Source: Schizochytrium sp. TIO01
Lineage: Eukaryota; Protista; Bigyra: Labyrinthulomycetes
DNA: 64,000 bases
Direction of reading: 5' to 3'
Assembly (NCBI GenBank): GCA_004764695.1
Contig: SMSO01000025.1
Coordinates: 1-64,000 of the forward strand
This document shows, in pieces, positions 59,377 to 64,000 of the stretch. The stretch's first letter is position 1, and each line of letters opens with the position of its first letter. The notes below the pieces were generated by a model. The model worked only from the letters and a program-made list of their open reading frames with translations. It was not told where the DNA came from and made no database searches. The position numbers and the translations under genes are program-made.

Positions 59377-61680
59377 ATGCTGAAAACTCTGCCACTTTTG
59401 AGAGGTCTTCCCTCATCGTTCAGAAACGGAATTCTCTACAAAACGCTGAGGGAAGCGTCACTGGGTTTGTACACTCGGGGCATCTGTTGCGCAACACTAA
59501 TTAATAAGACTGCTGTGAAGTCTCAGCAGAGAGAGAGTTGATGATGGAAAGGTGTTGCTTTAAGCTTTCTCCTATTCTTGAGGGCAAATCCACTACTGAC
59601 AGAAGTACAATTCTTATGGAGCATCGAGTCAGAGCGGCAGGGACACAAAGTCTTTTCGTGCGGCACCGAAGCACCACTAATCATGAAATGAGGACAGGTC
59701 AAAGAACTAGTCAGAAGACTAGCGACACGCCTGGAAAAGCAGACCGAGAAGGTGTCCAAAAGGTCCTTGAGAAGATGGATGGATGGATGGGGTACTAGAG
59801 CATGTAAAATTTCTTGGAAAGGCTTTCTCGGGAAAGAAGTTGTCCCTAAGCTATTGAATTACGGCCTTCGAGAAGATATAGTGGCGACTGCTTTCTCGAA
59901 TCTTTTCCATGCTGGCTGTGATACTTGCACATTCCTGCGACATCTTGGCCAAGGTGAGTACAAGACATTTCTGAGTATTTTGTGTCAGAAAGGCGTTCCT
60001 TTAGCTGCCTGTAACTTTCTATATCATGAGTATGATGGCGAGAGCAAGTTATCTGTGCGTACGAATCCGGCTGATATTGACCAACCTTCCTTCTTCAACA
60101 CGGACGGGCTTGACAAGGAGATTACTCGGAAGCTACAGCGAGCATGAGCCAATTATATCGAATGCAGACCAAAAGCTGCGGATGATGAGCAAGCGTGGCT
60201 TCGAAGCGTGTCGGGCGCTGAGGTCGTGAATCATGGAACTCGAAGACTGGATGAGGAAACAGGGTTTGTGGACTGGCCCAAAATGGCCGGGGCTGACAAG
60301 ATTGGGGTGCCAAAGGTGGCGTGGAAGAGTGAAGAGAAGTTTGATGTAGATATCTCCATGTACGAGGTCACCTTGCCACGTTCTCTTCCAGGAATGCTGA
60401 TTGACCTGGATCAAATATTTTATTCTTTAGAAATGAATATATTGGTCTCATGAAGGCGTGGTGGAAATATGAAAATTCATTCACTGTTGGCAATCCAGGG
60501 ATCTCAAAGTCTTGACACCTTTGGAAGTACTTAGTGGTGGTATCCAACCCTAATGTGTGGCGTGCTCTTGGTGAAGACGTCGCAATGCTTCCACAGCCAC
60601 AAATGATCTTGTTCTGCCGAAACGGAGCAGCCGTCAGCGTTGATGCATTCTTCTTGTCGCTAGAGGCAGGTTCAAGACAAGTTTGTCGGGTTGAGAGGAA
60701 CATCGCAATTAGTGTATCTGCGCTCAGGCCTATTTCTCATAATGGTAATGTACAAATGTTGTATGAGCCAGAGGCCTGGAGGCAGGAAGTACCTGCAGTT
60801 CGGAGAATACCATGCGTTGCTGCCTCTCCAGGTACGCAGCGCTACAAAGAGTTTTGTAAACAGTATGATGCAAAGAACAGTATGATGCAAAACAGCTTTA
60901 TATGTCATGCCCGACACGGAATGAAGTACTTACGATGGGATCGAGTCTTGTATCTTTAGCTGAATGCTCGCACTTTACTCCAACAGAGATTCTCAAACGT
61001 AAGTCCAGTTTACGATTTGTGTTCACTCCAAGTTTGGATTTCGAACAGTATTCAAGAAAACATTCAAGACAAAGTTAGCAACATGAAAAAATCGGAGGTA
61101 TTCAAAAGCTCTAACAAGGCTCCGCCTCGAGACTCACTCACAAGAGGATCACTTGACGCACACGCTAGGCTCACTAGTAACTCCAGATGTAGACGTGGGG
61201 GATTACTTCAACTTTAAACTTGCTCCTGCATTCGATGGTATTTTGCAACGACTGAGAGGAAAGGCTAATCCCGTCCCTATCGCCTATCGACGAGGCTCGT
61301 CGCAAGCTATACCTGATGAACTTGAGCCATCTCAAAGATCACGGTGACCCAATGTTGTTGGAAAAGTTAGTCGAGACCTATCTCATTTCAGGCAAAGGTT
61401 TAAAATGGCGGTGGTCGAAAGTGGAGAACAGAGGAGGAAGGGACAAGTGCCTTTTCAATCCGTTGATTTGTTAGAACCAGGGCAAGTGCAATACGCGCAT
61501 CGTAGGCTGACAAGTGCAAGTGTAATTTGGAACCGCTTTTATGAAATCGTCTGAAATGGACGTTGGATATTTGTACAAGCCATTGGATCCAACATATCCA
61601 TTTCTTGATTTGTTCAGGGTAGAAAATAATGGAGGACTTTCAGATGGACTTGGCGGGCATCGTACTGTGCATGCTATACA
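59377..61680 (+). pseudogene. Fragmented Crinkler/RHS-like NTPase plus putative restriction-endonuclease-fold gene
   Basis: P-loop-like VGNPGISKS followed by a stop (~60485-60515), AASPGTQRYKEFCKQ then LYM in a shifted frame, and LYKPLDPTYPFLDLF (~61570-61615); multiple stops and frameshifts. Family call is by motif recall only. Confidence 0.45.
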
Positions 61681-63437
61681 TTATTCCCCAAAATTTTGAA
61701 ATTAGTTTTAGTGCACGCAGTTTTGTAGTTTGTTACTGACTACGTGTTTACGGGGGTTTCGGATAGTTTAAAAGGTTTAAGTCCTTTTCCTCGTTTAAAT
61801 ATATTTTATGATAATTTTCAAAGGCTTATTTCTTCTTTGAAAATAGGAATTCAACAAAATGCAAGTGTTGGTGCACACTGAATGACAGGCATCTTCAACC
61901 AAAAACTGCATATGAATCACTGCGAAGGAAGTTGGATCTTGGTCCTGGCGACCGTATGATTGTATATTTCGCAACACTTCCTAAATATGAGCAGAGCTAT
62001 ATTAATGGTCCGAAATCAACGTTTTGGAAGAACGAGTTACCATAAAGCCCACTTCATATCTTTCATGTTTTAAGAGCTCACCCTGAGTTCCAAAACCTGC
62101 ATTTTGAGGGGACATGAGCTCGCTAACATGTTTATCAAAACATAATCAGTGCATAGAGTTAGTAAAAGGCACCAATGCTACTTTCAAAGAAATCTCGTCA
62201 GAAAGTACATATTGTTCGCCAGAAGAATTAATGTTTGGATTTAGGAGATGAAGTCTATCATCTCAGTCTCTGAAGAACCTTTCACTATTGGCCATGAATG
62301 GAGAGATCAAAGGACAACTAGTTTCATGTAAAAACAATAGGAAACAGCATTTTTTTGTAAACTGAGAAATTCTCGAATTTTAGACTTGGATAACTCTTTC
62401 AGTCTTTCCATGGAACAAAGAAAGTACAAAGTTTCACTGTTCTTCTCGTTTCTCAACAACAACTGTCTTCATAATCTTTTGACTTCAAAAATTTCGAGTT
62501 GAAAAAGGCCCTAAAGTCATCCTCACGAATCGAACCCCCCAAAGACTAGCAAATAAAGCAAGAAAGGAAGAAACAAGAAAAAAGTAATGCGAATGCACTA
62601 TCCAAAAGTACATCGAGGTGGTATTTCCGTTGCCTTTTGAGGTTTGCATCGGTTGTATATTGCACGTCCAAAGTCAATTATATTTACACAATCTATCTTA
62701 TGATCATATGTGATATCGCCTAGAGCTAAATCTCCGTGAGCCACAGTCAGTGATAGATCGCAAGAAGCTCTCTGCGGTTTGGGAGCGCCAAAAATCCTCT
62801 AGTTTAGTCTTGGCCAGCATCTGTTGTTGAGATACTTGTACATTTCCCTATTCACCACGACAGAGATGAGCAAACCCTGGCGCTTCCTAAGCGTTCTGAC
62901 CTACATGTTAATTTTACTATTTGAAGAAGCACGGTTGTTCTCTATAGCATCGCCACAAAACTATTATCTTCAACATCGTCATCATCACATACACACGGCA
63001 TCCCTAAGCTGAAAATATGACTTTGGCAATACGAGCTGATGTTGAGGTCTAAGGAAATGGGGTGAAAAATATTTGTGAGTCCAAGGGAGAAACTCAAAAC
63101 AAAACATAGAAACATCAAGAAACAGTATGGTGCGACTGTTAGGCTCAGAAATTCTAGTGAAGATACAACAAAGTAAAGTCCTCAACCCGTTCCCAAACAT
63201 ACCCACGACGTTGGGCTAGAGTCATGGCGAGGCAATTTATGAGGGTTCATACTCTGAGCATCAGGGCGATGTTAGGTTTATAGTTGTTTAGGTGCGTCTG
63301 GCATGCTTTAAAAGCTTTGCCTGCAAGAAGCAGAACTATTGCCTAAGTTACTTGTATCCTTGTAACTTAAAAATAATATATCCGCAAGGGCTTGATTAAA
63401 GCTAAGGTTTTTGCCCTGGCCATGCAAATATAGCCCT

Positions 63438-64000
63438 CTAGGTCATCTTGCTTTTATTCATTTCATTTGAGCTTTCGCTACCTTTTCCAAATAATGCCTC
63501 AAGGTAGCAACCAAGCCCTTGAGTCCAGACGAGATGCCATGCAACAGCCACGGATGCGCCAATGAGCCATCCCACAATAACTTGGTCTAGAGTATGGTAC
63601 TCCAGATAGACACGGCTCCACCCTACAAGCAAACTCCCGACGAGCAAAGCAAAAGACAATGCTCGAGGGTACCGGAATTTCCCCAGTTGCTTTTGATTTT
63701 CCATAAGGGCAAAAACCGCTAGGAATGCCATAAATTGAGAGTGGTTACTAGGCATGCCATACTTGCCAAAATAAACTAGATGTTCCTTATCTGCAGGCCT
63801 CGGCATGCGCACCATATGCTTCAAAACCACGTTCACTACTACATTTCCGAGCTGACCAACAAACATGAAGACCAATTTGAGTGGAAACCCAAGCGCTACG
63901 CACACAGAGACATACGACACCACTGCAAAGATAGGTGACAAAGTGCACAATGCCAACACGTGACCTAAGAGGTCCCCTTCATTGTAGTGCACCAACGTCA
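63438..64000 (-). CDS. DOLPP1: Dolichyldiphosphatase (PAP2 family), 5' end outside window
   Basis: VHYNEGDLLG..LSP, PAP2 motifs LKHMVRMPRP, YGMPSNHSQF, SRVYLEYHTLDQVIVG; hydrophobic TM segments. Confidence 0.88.
   Translation of the reverse strand, partial: TLVHYNEGDLLGHVLALCTLSPIFAVVSYVSVCVALGFPLKLVFMFVGQLGNVVVNVVLKHMVRMPRPADKEHLVYFGKYGMPSNHSQFMAFLAVFALMENQKQLGKFRYPRALSFALLVGSLLVGWSRVYLEYHTLDQVIVGWLIGASVAVAWHLVWTQGLGCYLEALFGKGSESSNEMNKSKMT

Noticed and set aside
62585-62740. Faint resemblance to an LSU rRNA fragment
   Set aside because: Only a few short words match; not supportable without alignment statistics.

Overview
Eukaryotic DNA from a thraustochytrid (Labyrinthulomycetes; the 18S is Aurantiochytrium/Schizochytrium-like). 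The window is built as two mirror-image arms that meet at a 435-N gap (26667-27101). Reading inward, each arm runs: 5S rRNA (divergent), intron-rich LRR gene(s), a conserved Pol I promoter-like element, 18S-5.8S-28S, then three families of long tandem repeats (~412, ~530, ~362-372 bp) carrying LTR-element insertions. This matches the subtelomeric rDNA plus long-repeat (LORE-TEARS) layout I recall being described for Aurantiochytrium, so two chromosome ends were probably scaffolded tail-to-tail. Main discoveries not visible in the ORF track: (1) the ~440-bp tandem repeat at 3.5-6.2 kb is a stack of near-identical intron+exon modules, each encoding one LRR, spliced onto a kinase-RING/RBR-type protein, with variation concentrated on the predicted ligand-binding beta-strand residues that straddle the splice junctions; (2) further one-LRR-per-exon genes sit inside each 5S-to-18S spacer; (3) a tiny tandem TRIM (87-bp LTRs) has a PBS complementary to the tRNA-Lys(CUU) anticodon loop and an internal tRNA-like B-box; (4) an intact Copia element with identical LTRs, plus a second independent copy, both inserted in the same subtelomeric repeat family. 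A Crinkler/RHS-like pseudogene and a DOLPP1-like gene lie at the right end. All alignments were done by eye.
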